From: Lama guanicoe
Taxonomy: Eukaryota
Direction: 5' to 3'
Length of the DNA: 64,000 nucleotides
Assembly: GCA_013239625.1 (NCBI GenBank)
Contig: MU055574.1
Span: 26,197,373-26,261,372, forward strand
Each line of letters opens with the position of its first letter. Position 1 is the stretch's first letter. Shown here in pieces: positions 13,490 through 25,937 of the stretch. The translations under genes were made by a program, and so were the position numbers. Under the pieces are notes generated by a model. The model ran no database searches. It was not told the origin of the DNA and saw only the letters and a list, made by a program, of their open reading frames with translations.

Positions 13490-14160
13490 GAGACAGCAGC
13501 TCAGCTCCAGCGCTCCGCCCTCCCCTCCGCTCAGAGCAGCAAACTGGAGAGCCACCTCGTTTCTTTTCCCTCCCACCCCAAGTCCAGACAGCAGCAAATC
13601 CTCATGGTTTTATCTTCAAAACTCCCCAGCACCTTCCGATAGCGCCCCCCGCCTCTGCCACCTGGTCTGCACTCACCTCCAGTGCTCCCAGTCTCCTCTT
13701 CCGGCCCACCCCCACCTGCCATTCTCTGCTAAAACAGGGCAGCTCACTGCCCTCCAGCTCAGGGTCTGAGGACGCTTGCATCTCTTGTGCAGGAGAAGCT
13801 GGAGTCCTGAGTGTGATCTTGGCCTTCAAGCCCCTCCAAGGGTGGCCCTGTTTGCTCTCTGGCCTCCCCACCTTCCTGCCCCTGGACCTTTGCACATGCT
13901 CCTCCCAGCACATCTTCCTGTCTTGTCCCCGCACTGCTCAGGAACTAGCTCACACGTCTCATCACGGGGGACGCCTGTCCCAGCTCCTGGCTCTGGGCAT
14001 GGTTTCACCACTCGCATGTGTGTTGTCTGTCTCTCTCCCCCGGAAGGAAGCTTCACAGACCTGGTCACTGCAGTCTCCCCAGTGCTTCACCCCCTGCCCA
14101 GAGCAGCCCACGGCCCACTGTATGTCCCCAGCCACACATGTGGAGTTAAAAACACCCACC
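13490..14160. mobile_element. Degraded L2 LINE fragment
   Basis: Pyrimidine-rich L2-like motifs (cagcaaatcc...ttttatcttcaaaa; ggacctttgcacatgct). Confidence 0.6.
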
Positions 14161-17100
14161 ACATGCCAGGAACATTTGCCAGGTTGATCCTTAGCAATCC
14201 TCGCACGGGGGCTGTATCTCCATTTCCCAGACTTGCACACTGAGGATCATCTGGCTCTGGAATCAGGTCTCCTGGTTTCTACCCAAGGCTGAGGGGGAGG
14301 CCCCAAAGAAGCCGCAGCCTCTCCCAGGTGGACCCGGGGCCGCAGGTCAGGTCCTGCATTGCCCTGGGCTCTAAGGGAAAGGGGCCCCAAGAACCACAGG
14401 GGTCACTGTCACAAATTCAAGGACTTGGTGGAAAAGACAGAGTTACATCCCACACTCTCTCCCTGGTTATTGATGTATGGAAAGCCTGGGGCAGGCCCAG
14501 CAGGATGACTGCCTTTCCAGCTAGTTCCCTGGTGCCGCTGAGGCCGCTGGTCCAGCGCCGCGAGAGAACCGGCGTCCCAGAGCAACGCGCAGGCCCAGCA
14601 GGCGCCCCCACCTGACGGAGGGGCCGTGCCTCTACGATTTCACTGCAGTGCAAAGGGGGCTCGGAGATGAGCGGGCTCTGAGCTGCACCCCCAAGTCTCG
14701 GACTGACTGTCTCGAGGGCCCAGGCCTGTCCCTGCCTGTCTCCCTCACTCCAGGCAGGCGTGCTGTCACCAGGAGGTTGTGTCTGGGGTGGCCAGTCCAC
14801 GCAGAGCCGAGCGTCCCCGTGTCCACCATAGGCCTTGCCCGTGTGTCCACACCTCTTGTGTCGTGTGCTGTGACTTTAAACAGTGACCTCAGAGCTTGTC
14901 GTCCAGTGAGGGACCCGCTTAGGGGTACCTGTGCTCTGCAGACCCGCATCCCCCCAGCCACCTGCTAGCAGGCCGCCGTGGCAACTAGTTACCTCCTCCA
15001 GGCTGGCGGCCCTTGAGAGCTCAGCAGAGCCTGACCTTCCCTTGTTACGTCCGCCTGTCCTTCTCAGCCGGGCTCAGCACCTGGGGAGCCTGGCTATGAC
15101 CTTGTGTCTGTCCTTCCACATTGTCTCTGAGTATAGTGCACTTCACATTTCGCTTTCATATTTTGTATTTATGCTTTAAACTTTCCCACATGCTTTCAGA
15201 TACGCAATCCCATAAGACAAGGAGGCTCATGTGACTTCCCTTTTACAGCTGGGGAAAACTGAGGTCCAAAAGGGACAAGAGAATTGCCCAGGAACAGAAC
15301 CATCTCTGAGACCAGAACCAAGGCACCAGCCAGGGCTGCACGTACCCCCGCCCCTCCCCACAGTGCTGCGGTGCTGTCTCTAACAGGCCAGGGGCCTCCC
15401 AACCCAGACACCCAGCGCAGGCCCTACGCCTGGCCTGAGGGGGCTGGGCCCACGCGGGACCAGAGACGGCTTGCACGCTGACCCACCGAGGCACACAGAG
15501 CGGCAGCGCGTCTCTGGCCCCTGAAGCAGCAGAGAGAATGAACAAAAGGCGAGCCTAATGCAAGGGGAGAGTGGCCGGTTTTTCTGGACTTGATGTTATG
15601 AATTTACAAACCAAGGGTCAAAACCCGGAGAAGGGGTTCTGAGCAGCAGGAAAAGTGTGGACTAAGCTCTAAGATGCCCACGGATGGCCAGGCACCCGGT
15701 GGAAGAAGCGCCCACATCAGGTCCTCCTCTGCTCGCCGATTCGGAGAGGGGACGTCTCCTGCGGGGGCAGCAGTGTCCTCCTGCTCAGCTGGCCGCCCAG
15801 GCATGTGGCTGCAGAGCTGCCCTGCCAACTGCTTACTGAGTCAGTGAGATAAAAACCTGAACTGGGCTTTCTAGCAGTCAGGAGCCCACAATACGGAAAG
15901 CACGGTCCGGAGGAGAGTCTGAACCGCAGGTCAGACTGGCCCAAGCTGCAGCCGACCTCCACCTCCCTCTGTGGGAGCCGGCACACGGGGCACCCAGGTG
16001 GCCGGTCTCCCGGCTCCGACACCGGGCCCTTCTGCTTGGCCTCCCTCTGCTGAGGGGGCGCGGGCCCCAAGCAGAGAGCCCTGAGCACTCTTCGTCGGAG
16101 CCTGACGCAGCCCGGGCCCAGCCGAGGAGCTGAGCCTGGCGCCTGACTTCAGAAGCAGGGAAAGCGGCAGCGGGGCGTCTGCGCCTCGAGCAGCTTCAAA
16201 CGTGCTATGGATCCACATTGTTGGGAATGACAAAGAATCAAGAACAATTTCACATACGTGTGAGCTGCAATCCAACAGTATCAGGTTGAACTTTTAAACA
16301 CACGTGCACACACACCCCCCAGCATTCGTGAAACGTCACTAGTTTAAGGGGCGAGGCCAGAAGTGGGGCGGGAAACGGCAGGTGATGACCAGTCACCCCA
16401 GCCAACAGCCCCGTCCCATTTTCAGGACGCAGGTCTGGTTTCTCCAAACCCTGGTTATTTTCTGAGGACCCTCCATGTCCTGGTGGCACGCAGACGCTAC
16501 CCCGAGAGCCCCGTCTCAGGGTCTAGCACGACACTGTCCTTTCCAGAACCCGAAGGACGAACCACCACAGTTAACTCTCGACTGACTCAGAACTGAGGTG
16601 CATCTGGACACGGCCTCCCACCTCTGGGAGAGGCGCAGCCCTCAGACGGGGGTCGGGGGGTCAAGGGTGGGCGGGGTGACCTGTGGGGAGGCACGTGGAG
16701 CACCCCTCATTAGGGTCCAGTTCATCCAGTTAGAGCCAGTCACCTGGCAAGACCTCTGGGAACGGAGCAGACACTGGGAAGACGGACAGACGCCCAAGTG
16801 AGCAGGTGGGATGTGGCAGGGTGGGAGGGGGTCGTTCACTCCAAAGATGTGCCGTGGGCGGGCGGTGGGGTGCCCAGGCCGCGCGGGCAGGCCTGCTCGC
16901 TGTCTGGAGCCTGGGGTGGGGGTGGGGGTCCCCAGGAGGGGAGGGAAGTGGCTGTAGCCTTCAAGGTTCCTAGACTTTGTTGAGTAACACTTGCCAGACC
17001 TTCTGAAGCCCCAGAATAAAGCCTTTTCAAATGCACTTCATTCCTCAGGGGATGGTGGGTGTAGCAAGGTGGGGGGGATGCCCTGTACCCCCGATGACTC

Positions 17101-18234
17101 TGAGTCGGGTGAAGGTGTGTGCTGTGCCGTCTGCCTGGGAGGGTGGGCCCTGGGACTTCTGATCCTGACTTGTGCGCTAGCCCCGGACACCGAAGTCCCC
17201 AGGCAGAGGAGGGTTCAGGGCCCCACTTCATGAAGTGGGAATCCCACACCCCTGGTGGAGGGGCACATCCTCAGAAAGTAGGGGACCCCAGAGGGTCTCC
17301 ATTACCATTTATTTCGAATCTATCACATGTACCATACTGTCTCTGATTCCTACCAAAACCCTGCAAGGTTACTGGGAGGGACCTGCAGCTAGCATCTCGG
17401 TGCCCCCCATCCGCCTTCCCCCATTGCTGCTCCAACTTAGAGGAACACACTTCACACCGGGATCAGGAACACACACACACACTGGTGGGACCCACAGGAA
17501 GTGGGAGGCCCCCAGCGTGCCCTCACCTCGGCCCAGGCCCCCGTCAGGTCTGATGGGCCCTCAGCCTGGCTGCCCTGAGACCCGGCTTTAGGCCTCCAGT
17601 GGTGGTGGAAGCAGCCGAGAGGACGTGACCACTGGTGACCACAAGCTGGACCCCGTCACCCTAGGCTCTCTCCCCGCCCGGCCTTGGAATGAGGCTCCGC
17701 ACTACCCCCAGTCCACGCATGAGGAGCCGCATCCGGGAGGTGGCCCCGGGCCAGCGCTCTGTGGTGGAGGCGGCCCAGAGGTGAACGCGGGCAAGCCCAC
17801 TGAGGCCTCTGCGCAAACCTAAGACCCTGGCGCGGTGCAGGCCTCGTCGCCTGCTGCCACCAGGACAAGCCTGCACGTAAGCCCCCCACTTATGAAAGCT
17901 GCCACCTGCCACCCGGAGCGCCTCCCTCTTGTGGGGTCCCCATGCCCTCCGCGTCCTCAGCCAGTTTCAAACTTCACCAGGAACCTCCCGAGGACACAGT
18001 GTGGGTCACATCCCGGTGAGCCGCTCCCCAAAACGGCTGTCAGCATTTGGGAACGTGCCTGGGGCATAGGGTCAACCTCTGTCCATTGGGATCGCAGTCA
18101 CAAACCCTAGCTGGCCTCCCCTGGGACCCCAGTGCCCCCCGCACCTCAAAGGGGCCAACAGGGCTGTGCCCAGCCAGAGAACCAAGCATGGCCTCCTTCC
18201 TGCCCGTCCTCAGGACCATCAGTGGTGTCCATGT

Positions 18235-18556
18235 GCCTGGGCCATGAGCCCAGCAATGGATGCTGCCATGAGGGTATTTTTGGACGAGACTAGTATTTAA
18301 ATTAAGTGGCCCCTGCCATGATGTGGGTGGGCTGTATCGAAGCAGTTGACGGACTAAGAGACAAGTCTGAGGTCCCTGGAGGAGGCGGAGGAGACTCTTC
18401 TCCAGATGCCTTTCAGCTTGAGCTGCGGCATCAGCTCTTCCTGGGTCTCCGGGCCTGCCAGCCCCACAGTCACGTGAGCCAACTCCCTAACCTCTGCTCT
18501 GTCTCCTTGTCCCTGTCTCTCCTGTCTGTTGTTTCTCTGGAGAACCTCAGCTAACC
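18235..18556 (+). mobile_element. MLT2 (ERVL) LTR
   Basis: gatgctgccatgagggtatttttggacgagact...cacagtcacgtgagccaactccct...gtttctctggagaacc is typical of MLT2. Confidence 0.8.
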
Positions 18557-21500
18557 GCCCGCCCCCTCCCTGGATTGCACACCCACTCCACTTATGTAAA
18601 CACACACTCCTGCCCCTGGTGACGCCCAGGGGAACACAGGTGGGGGGACCTGCGTGGCCTCCTGTCTGCTCTGCGGCCACTCGCCGGCCTCTCCCTCCTC
18701 CTCCCGCCAGCACTGTCCACTTTTCAGAAGGCCTCCCCTGTTCCCAAAGCCTTCGACTCCCCTCTCCCCAGCCAAGCCCTCTCTGACCTGAACTCCCACC
18801 AGCCTGGTCGGTGCAGCCACGTCTCCAGCTTGCGCCATGAAGCAGCCTGTTCCCCGACACCTCTCGCCTTCCTTCCCACTCCTCACAGCAGTCCCGGATG
18901 TCTACAGAGCAAGATGAGGTGCGACCTCCCAGGGCAAAATCTCTAGAGGCTCCCACCGCCCCTCCGGGTCCTCTGACCCTGACCGTGGTGTGGGCTACAG
19001 AAAGCTGGCCCTGCCTCCACCCTGCCCCCCTCACCCCCAGCCTTCTCCTTGTCTGGGATTCTACGTGGCCTTCCCACCATGCCCCCCTACCACGGGCTCC
19101 CCACCTTGGGGTCCCCCCACCTCCAGGCCCCATCTCCGTGCCTCCCAGAGTACTGTCCCCTCTGCCTCAGGCCTTTCCCTCCGTACACTGGCCTCCAGCA
19201 GCCGGTCACCCTGGCCTGGACTCGCATCTCTCTGGGGCACTGGGGCACTTGATTGTGTCAGACCATTGTGACCTCCGTGTCTGCTGGCCACTCTGGTGGC
19301 GCTGTGACTCACGCTTCCTGGGACAGGCCTGTGCCTGGCTGGCTCTCTGCCCCGGGACCAGCTGCTCAGTGGACACGTGTGAGACCCACGTGCCAAGTCA
19401 CTTTTCAGAGCCGAGAACAAGCCGCTACATCAGGCCGCCTGTGGCCTCCTTTACCAGCGCAGGGGCAGTGTCCACGCAGTGTCCACGTTCCGGCAGCACG
19501 CATCCCGTGAAGACCCCTCTGAGAGAGGCCTGACTTTCAGACCAGCTGTGCCCTTCACCCCCCACCCACCCCAGCCCCAGACTCTTCACTCAAGCTGCGT
19601 GGGGCTGGGATGCGGGACGGAGGCGCTGGACAGGAGGCCTTGGCAGTGGCCACATGCTCAGGCCCACAGGAGGGAGGAGGAGACTGCCAAGGGCAGGGTC
19701 CCCGGTCACCGAGGCATGCGCAGCAGGCACCGACCGGGACAAGCCGCAGTCCCAAGGCCCAGCAGACTCCGAGCCGCTCTCTGGCACGCCCCCTGTGGGT
19801 ACTGTCAGCGTCACGCTCTCTGTGTCCCTACGGCAGGATGTGGGGCCCTGGGTGCCACGGGCACCCTGTAAACCTCTGACCCCTCCTACCCCATTACATT
19901 ATCGAGTGAAGTAACCAGAATGACAGCCTCCTCGGCGATGGGTGAGGATGGCAGCTTAACGTCAGCATCTCGGTCATGCCCGTGAGTGTGGGGGGTGCAT
20001 TGGGAACCAGACCCCACCCAGGCCATCCAGGGGGCAGCTGGTGGTTGTCACTGGGTGTCCCTCCAAGGGCTCCTAGAGGAGGGAGGCTGAGGTGCCGGGT
20101 CCTCATCATGCTCCACCAGCAGGGCAGTGAGCCCAGGGTCACCTTATGGGGTTGGGTCGGGACTAAAGGGCTGATGTCCCTGGAGCGCTTACATGGTGCC
20201 CAGTGCCCAGCCCACTAACGCCACCATCGTTCACATGTCTGTGTTGGGACTGCTGCGGTCACTCTCACTGCTCACTGAGCTGCCTTGCAGAGCGACGTTC
20301 ATGACAGCCGGCAGCTCCGCCAGCCCCCGGCCAGGGCTTCCAGCAGTGGCGCTGGTGGCGCGGACTGCGGGGTGGGGGTGGCCAGGGCGGGGTGGGAGAG
20401 GCAAGGCTCCCGGAGCCAGGTGTTCCCACCTTGCTGCCACTGTGCATTCTACCGGGTGGGAGGAGAGCGAGCACCATGTGATTGTGAGTGACAGCTGCCC
20501 TGGGACAACAGGTGTCATCTGGGAAAGCTCTGGGCCCACAGCCCTGCCTGTGAGAGTAGAGGACTGACTGGCTGGCTCCTCAAAATCCAGTCATTTTGAA
20601 ACAAAGCACAGTCCCCTTCAGGTCCAGAGGACCCAGTCTGCACGGGGAGGATATTTCAGACTCTAAGGAAGCAAACGAATCCAGGTGGGTGAGTTCTTGC
20701 AGTTTTTGAACCCAGCTTCCGAAAAAGACCGAGACCTCGAAACAAACAGGACAGGAAGAAAGAAGCCGCTGTGCCCGCCTGGAGCAGAGGTCACCGTGCG
20801 GCGTCAGACCTCAGCCCCGCCGGCCTGCGAGCCCCAGCCGTGCCTCTGAGCCGGCACATCGGCCCTCCAGGCGGGGATCAGGTACGGAGACGAGACGTGG
20901 GGGCCGCAGGCGTGGACCCCTCTCCCGCACCTCATCCCCATGGCGTTCGGCCTGCCCTTCGTGAGAGCAGAACGGCGCAGCCAAAGCGGGCTGCTTAAGG
21001 CACCTGAGAAGTCACTGTGACTGCTTGGGGCCCTTGCCTCTAGAAGAAATGAGATGCAGGCCCCTGCAGGCCCGTGGGGGGAGGGCAGGAGCACACAGAG
21101 GTGGCTCCCAACAGCCCACCTGGGCCAGACCAGTCCCAGTTAGCCTGGGGCTGGGTGAGGTGACGGGGGAGCAGGCCCTGTACCCTAACGTGGCTGGCAA
21201 GCCACCCATCCTGGCCAGGTCCCGCTGAAAACCACACTGAGGCCCTTGGGGGTGCTGAGGATTTCCTGAGGTTCAAGCTCACATCTCTTGTTCATGGGAA
21301 GGATGCAGCCTCTGCTGACGGCTGCTCTCTGGAAAAGCTCTCTTCACTCTGGTGTCCACAAAGCCCTCCCACGCGCACAGACACGTCACCTCCCACCCGA
21401 GGCCGTGGGCCTCACACATGCCTGCCGGCCACCCAGCCTGTGCCCAGAGGCCAGGAAGGGAGCCTGTGAAAACGCCCAGCTGGGCCTCCACTCTGCTTAA

Positions 21501-22807
21501 CCATACCCAGGCCAGGAGGTGGCTGGGGCCTCTGTGCCCCCGTGTCACCACTTTCCTGGTCACCAGAAAATCCCTAGAAGTCCAAAAGGAACCAAGTGGA
21601 CACACCCGTGTTAAGTGGGGGGCGACTTACAGAGCCTCCTCTTGTCAAACCAGCAGTGGCCCGGCACACGCCTGCCCTGGGGTGAAGCGTCATCACAGGG
21701 CCGGGCCGGGCCTTCCCACCGGCTTCCTTCCGTCTGTTCACCTCTTCGGGGAGCACGAGGCAGCTGCTTCCCCCCGGCCCCCTCCCTGCCCCCCTTTGCT
21801 GGAACTGGGTGGGTGGGTGTGGGACACACTGCCCTTTTTGTTTCTAATCACCTTTAGATCCCACAGAAAAGGGGGACGGGGTCCAGGGCCAAGCAGCCAG
21901 CAGCCCCTTCCCGCTGGACAGGCCCGGCTCCCTGCTGACAGCTTCCTAGAAAAGCCCACGCACTCTGCGAGGGAAGGCGGACACGCACGCACCTAGTGAC
22001 CCAAACCACGCTGCCCACCAGCTGGCCTCAGCCCCACCCCAGGCGCTCCTAGCTCCCCAGCCACTCTCCCCTCCAGCCTTCCTTTCTGGGAAGGAAAAAA
22101 GAGGGGCTTTGGGCAGCCTTGCTGAGCAAAGGGAAGGTCCTCCCCTTGGAGAGTAACAGTTAATGTCACTTTGTCACCTTAAGTCTACGCCACTCCCCAA
22201 GACCCCCCACACAGGTCACCCCAAACAACCAGAACCTGCCTACCTGGACCTGGGGGGTTCCAGTCCTCCTGTGGGTCCGCCGCCCAGCAGCTGGGCATGC
22301 CCCCCCACCCTGGGTGTCTGCCTCTCAGGGCTTTTGATGACAACCAGCCACAGGTGCTGGAAACAGGAGACTCTTCCAGAACCTTAGAAGCCCCTCCTCC
22401 AGGTCTGCCTCAGGCAACCTGTGGAGTCTAGCCCTCTCAAAACAAGCTCAGAGAACCACCCTGTAGGCCACACCTGGATGCAGAGTGAGCAGGGAAGGAA
22501 TAAAGGAGGCGGGGAGTCAGGGCGTCCCAGCGCCTGGGCGAGTTGAGTCGGGGGCGCCGGAGCCACCGCAGGAGCTGGGAGGGGCCGGGGACTCCCTCTA
22601 GGAGCGCTGGCCCACCGCTTGGCGCGGAGCCCGAGCCCGAGCCCGAGCCCGACCCCATCTCTAAGAAGCCGCGGAGGGACGACCGCGAACTGGGGCCAGG
22701 TCTGGGACCTAGCGGCGTAATCCACGGAAGGTGACGGCGGAGAGGTGCCCACGACCCCCCAGGACCCCCAGCCGGGGGCGCGCCCGCCCGCGGAGACTGA
22801 TGCTCAC

Positions 22808-23200
22808 CTGCGGGGGTTGAAGTCGGGGTCCACACAAGGCTCACGGTTCCGGGTCGGGGTCTGGGTGGGGGTCAGGGTCCGGGTCGGGGTCAGGGTTTGG
22901 GTTCGGGTCCGGGTCGGGATCCGGGTCTGGCTCCAGGTCGGGGTCCGCGTCCAGATCTGGGTCGGGGTGAGGGTCGGGGCGAGGGTCCGGGTCCGGGTCA
23001 GGGTCCGGGTCCGGGTTCGGATCCGGGTCCGACTCCGGCTCCGGGTCGGGGTCAGGGTCCGGATCTGGGTCGGGGTGACGGTCGGGGAGAGGGTCCAGGT
23101 CGGGGTCCCGGGTCCGCGGCGTGAATGTGGCCGCAGGTCTGTTGCGGTCAGTGTGGAGCCCGCGGGGGCGGCGGTTGCGGGCGGGCCCAAGGGGGAGGTG
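22808..23200 (-). other. FRMD1: Probable non-coding first exon (5' UTR) of FRMD1
   Basis: Strong donor cag|gtgagc at 22808/22807 inside a CpG island, just downstream of a GC-box cluster. The frame compatible with exon 7435 has stops, so it is likely UTR. TSS approximate. Confidence 0.6.
22846..23115 (+). repeat. Degenerate hexamer tandem array (GGGTCC/GGGTCG/GGGTCA/GGGTCT), telomere-variant-like, about 45 units
   Basis: 6-bp periodicity is directly visible and gives (RV)n, (PD)n and (TR)n in the ORF track. Confidence 0.95.
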
Positions 23201-24947
23201 CCCGGGCTCGGGATTGGCCGGCGCCCCCGCCCCTCCCCGCGTACCCCCGCCCCGCTCCGCCCCCGCCTTCTCCCACCTCCTCTCTGACGCCCCGCCCCTC
23301 CCCCGCCCCTGCCCGCCTCGGAGACCAAACCTCCTCTCTGGACCCGCCGGAGGGACTGGGCGTCCTGGGTCGCACCTCCCGGAGGTTGCCCAGCCCTGGG
23401 ATTGCACAGTCCCAGTTGCCCCTTCCCAGGGTTGCAGGATCACGGGATCGCAGGGTTCCTGGGTCGCACTTTCCCGGGGTCGCAGGGGCCCAGGGGCCCT
23501 GGTGGCGTCCATATCCGAAGCGTGAGCGCACGTCGCCAGGAGACGGAAGCTCGTGGGGGCTCAGGTGTTTCCCCCGCTGACCTGACGGCCTGGGCACCAG
23601 ACTGGAAACGTCCCCAGCCAGCCACGCGCGCACCCGCTGGCCGGGGAGGCGCCGTGCAGAGCGCAGTGCATGGCAGCAGGGAGGTGCGCCCAGGGACCTG
23701 GTGTCCTGCGGGAGGACCCAGAACTCACCAGCTGGACGCGAGGCGGGTGTGGGGCAAGCCCAGCGTGTTAGGAGCTGGATGTGCGCGGGTTAAGCTGCCG
23801 GGGGACATGAAGCTGATGCAACCCCGAGGAAGGGCTGGGATGTGCTTGGGAAGACAGGGGCTGGGAGTGAGCAGTCCTGAACCCGAACTTCACTGGCTGA
23901 CCCGATCTACCAGGCCCTAACCTGTGCCGGCGACCAGGGAACATCGCTGACATGGTAACTTTGCAGAGAAACCTTTAGGAGTGAGGGAAGGATGTTCCAA
24001 ACCACTGCTCGGCCAGTGCAGGGGCCTGGGACAGCTGCGGGCAGAGAAGGGGCAGAGGCGGGCTTCATCCTAGACCCACCTGCCACCCCCTCCCAGGTGC
24101 CAGAGCATCCCAGAGATATTTCTCCCTGAGGCCGCCTCTGACCATCATTTTACAAATGCCTGCATCTCCTTATCCCCACCAATTCCCAGCTTCGGTTTTC
24201 TTCACAGCATGTGTCAACTGAGATGTCCCCCCTCATCTACTTGCCAGAAGCAAGTTGTTGCGCCTAGCTCCCATCCGGTGGAAGGGAGGAGTGGCAGAGA
24301 TTCTGTGGCCATATTGTAGGATCCCCACCCCGCTCAGCGGGCTGCTTTGGATCATCTTTGGGGCTATTTTGTAAATTTCTTTTGTACAGTGGGACACCTA
24401 CCAGCCACATGTGGCCGTTGACTGCTTGAAATGGGGCTGGTCCAAAGTGAAATAAACTGTCAGCATAAAACATGCATCCCATGTAGAAGACTTGCTATGA
24501 AAGAGACGCAAACTCTCTTTTCACCCTTAAAGCCCTCGTTAGGTGTAGCAATGACAGCATGCTGCGCTCCTGAGGGAAGCGCCTGTCTGGGTCGAGCTTC
24601 TAGATCCTGGGCTCTGAGTTTGGCGCAAGGACTTGACCCTCGCAGTGCCCTCCTGGCTGCCTCTCAGAGTCGGAGCCTTCCCCCATCACGGTGAGGAGCC
24701 TCAGCAGGTAGGCCAGTCTCTCAGAAGGTTTTGCATCTGTGTGTGGGGTTTGGAGGAACCACAGGTCAGGCTCTGAAGCATTTCCTGGGGAGGGAACACT
24801 CCAGCAAGACATGGGTGCTCTGGAAAGCACAGGGGGTACAGAGGTGGCAGGGGCAGGGGTCCTGCGGGCACGAGACAGGGGTGGGGCAGCGTTTGCCCCA
24901 GCGTCTGGGCGGGGACACCTGGAGCCTTGGGTGGGGATCACTAAGGA

Positions 24948-25372
24948 TGCCGGTGGTTTGAACTGTGCCCAAAAAGACATGCTGATGTCCTAACCCTTGG
25001 AACCAGGGAACGTGGCCTTACGTGGAATAGTCTTTGCAGGTGTAACCCATTAAGATATGGTCATGCCAGGGGAGGGTGGGCCGTGACCCCATGTGACCGT
25101 GTCCTCATAAGAAGAGGACGGACAAACAGACAGACAGGGAGCAGAAGGTCATGTGACAATGGAAACAGAGACCAGGCTGTGTGTCTGTCCCTGTGTTTCT
25201 CTGTTTCTTGTAGGGACACCAGTCACATTGGATTAGGGCCACCCCCTTCCAGTTTGACCTCATCTTTAATTATGTCTGCCACCACCCTGTTTCCAAACAG
25301 GGTACCTCCTGAGGTGCTGCAGGTCTAGGTGTAAACAGCTTTTCCGGGGGCAGCACAGGTGAGCCCCTCACG
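24948..25372. mobile_element. Two MLT1 LTR 5' halves in inverted orientation (sense about 24948-25175, antisense about 25176-25372)
   Basis: Sense ...gtgtcctcataagaagagg... then antisense ...ttcttgtagggacaccagtcacattggattagggcc.... Confidence 0.7.
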
Positions 25373-25558
25373 TGCACCTAAAGCAGCCCCACCCCTCCTC
25401 CTCCAGTTCTGTGCTTCTCTTGGCAAGTGGCTGCCCCCCAGGGCAAAGGTCGGAGATCAGGCAGGGCCGCGAAGAGGGGGGTGAAATAGGAACCACCTCC
25501 CAGGTGATTCCACATAGGCTCCATTTTTAGGCATAAAGTAGGAGTTGGCAACACTCAC

Positions 25559-25937
25559 CAGGACCTGGCACCCTGCTTTCTCCTGGATCGCAGGCGACAT
25601 TTCCGGGAACACATCTGGCTTCTGAGCCCCTGAGCCTGGCGTGGAGCCGTGAGGGGGTTCTGGAGTCCGCTGGCCCCTGGGCCTGAGGCTGGCCTGGCCG
25701 CCCTGCCTGTGACCTGGGGAGTGACTGCCTCTCGGCCCGGCGCCACCAGGGGCCTCGAGGAGCTTTCAGCCCAGACACAGGACTGTTATCAGCGTCATCA
25801 GATACCAGCGAGTGCTGGCCTTCAAGTGGAAAGACTGCAAAGTGAAATTTAAGTACAGCACGCGGGAGGGGAAGCCACGCTTTCGGCATCCCCCGTGTGG
25901 GGGCGACAAAGGCTGGAGAGACCCGTTTCACCGTCTC
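25559..25937 (-). pseudogene. Exon, 379 bp, phase 0->1, stop-free: ETVKRVSPAFVAPTRGMPKAWLPLPRAVLKFHFAVFPLEGQHSLVSDD...
   Basis: Acceptor ttctctgtttgacaag| and donor ctg|gtgagt; same frame as ORF 25527..25931. Confidence 0.6.

Larger units (their letters stand above)
22500..23750. promoter_or_regulatory. CpG island promoter with Sp/KLF GC boxes (CCCCGCCC cluster at about 23222-23312)
   Basis: Very high CpG density; at least five CCGCCC boxes; ATTGG/CCAAT at about 23213. Confidence 0.85.

Noticed and set aside
22745-23512. (RV)n, (PD)n and (TR)n ORFs as protein-coding genes
   Set aside because: These are by-products of the hexamer array, and the frame compatible with FRMD1 contains stops.
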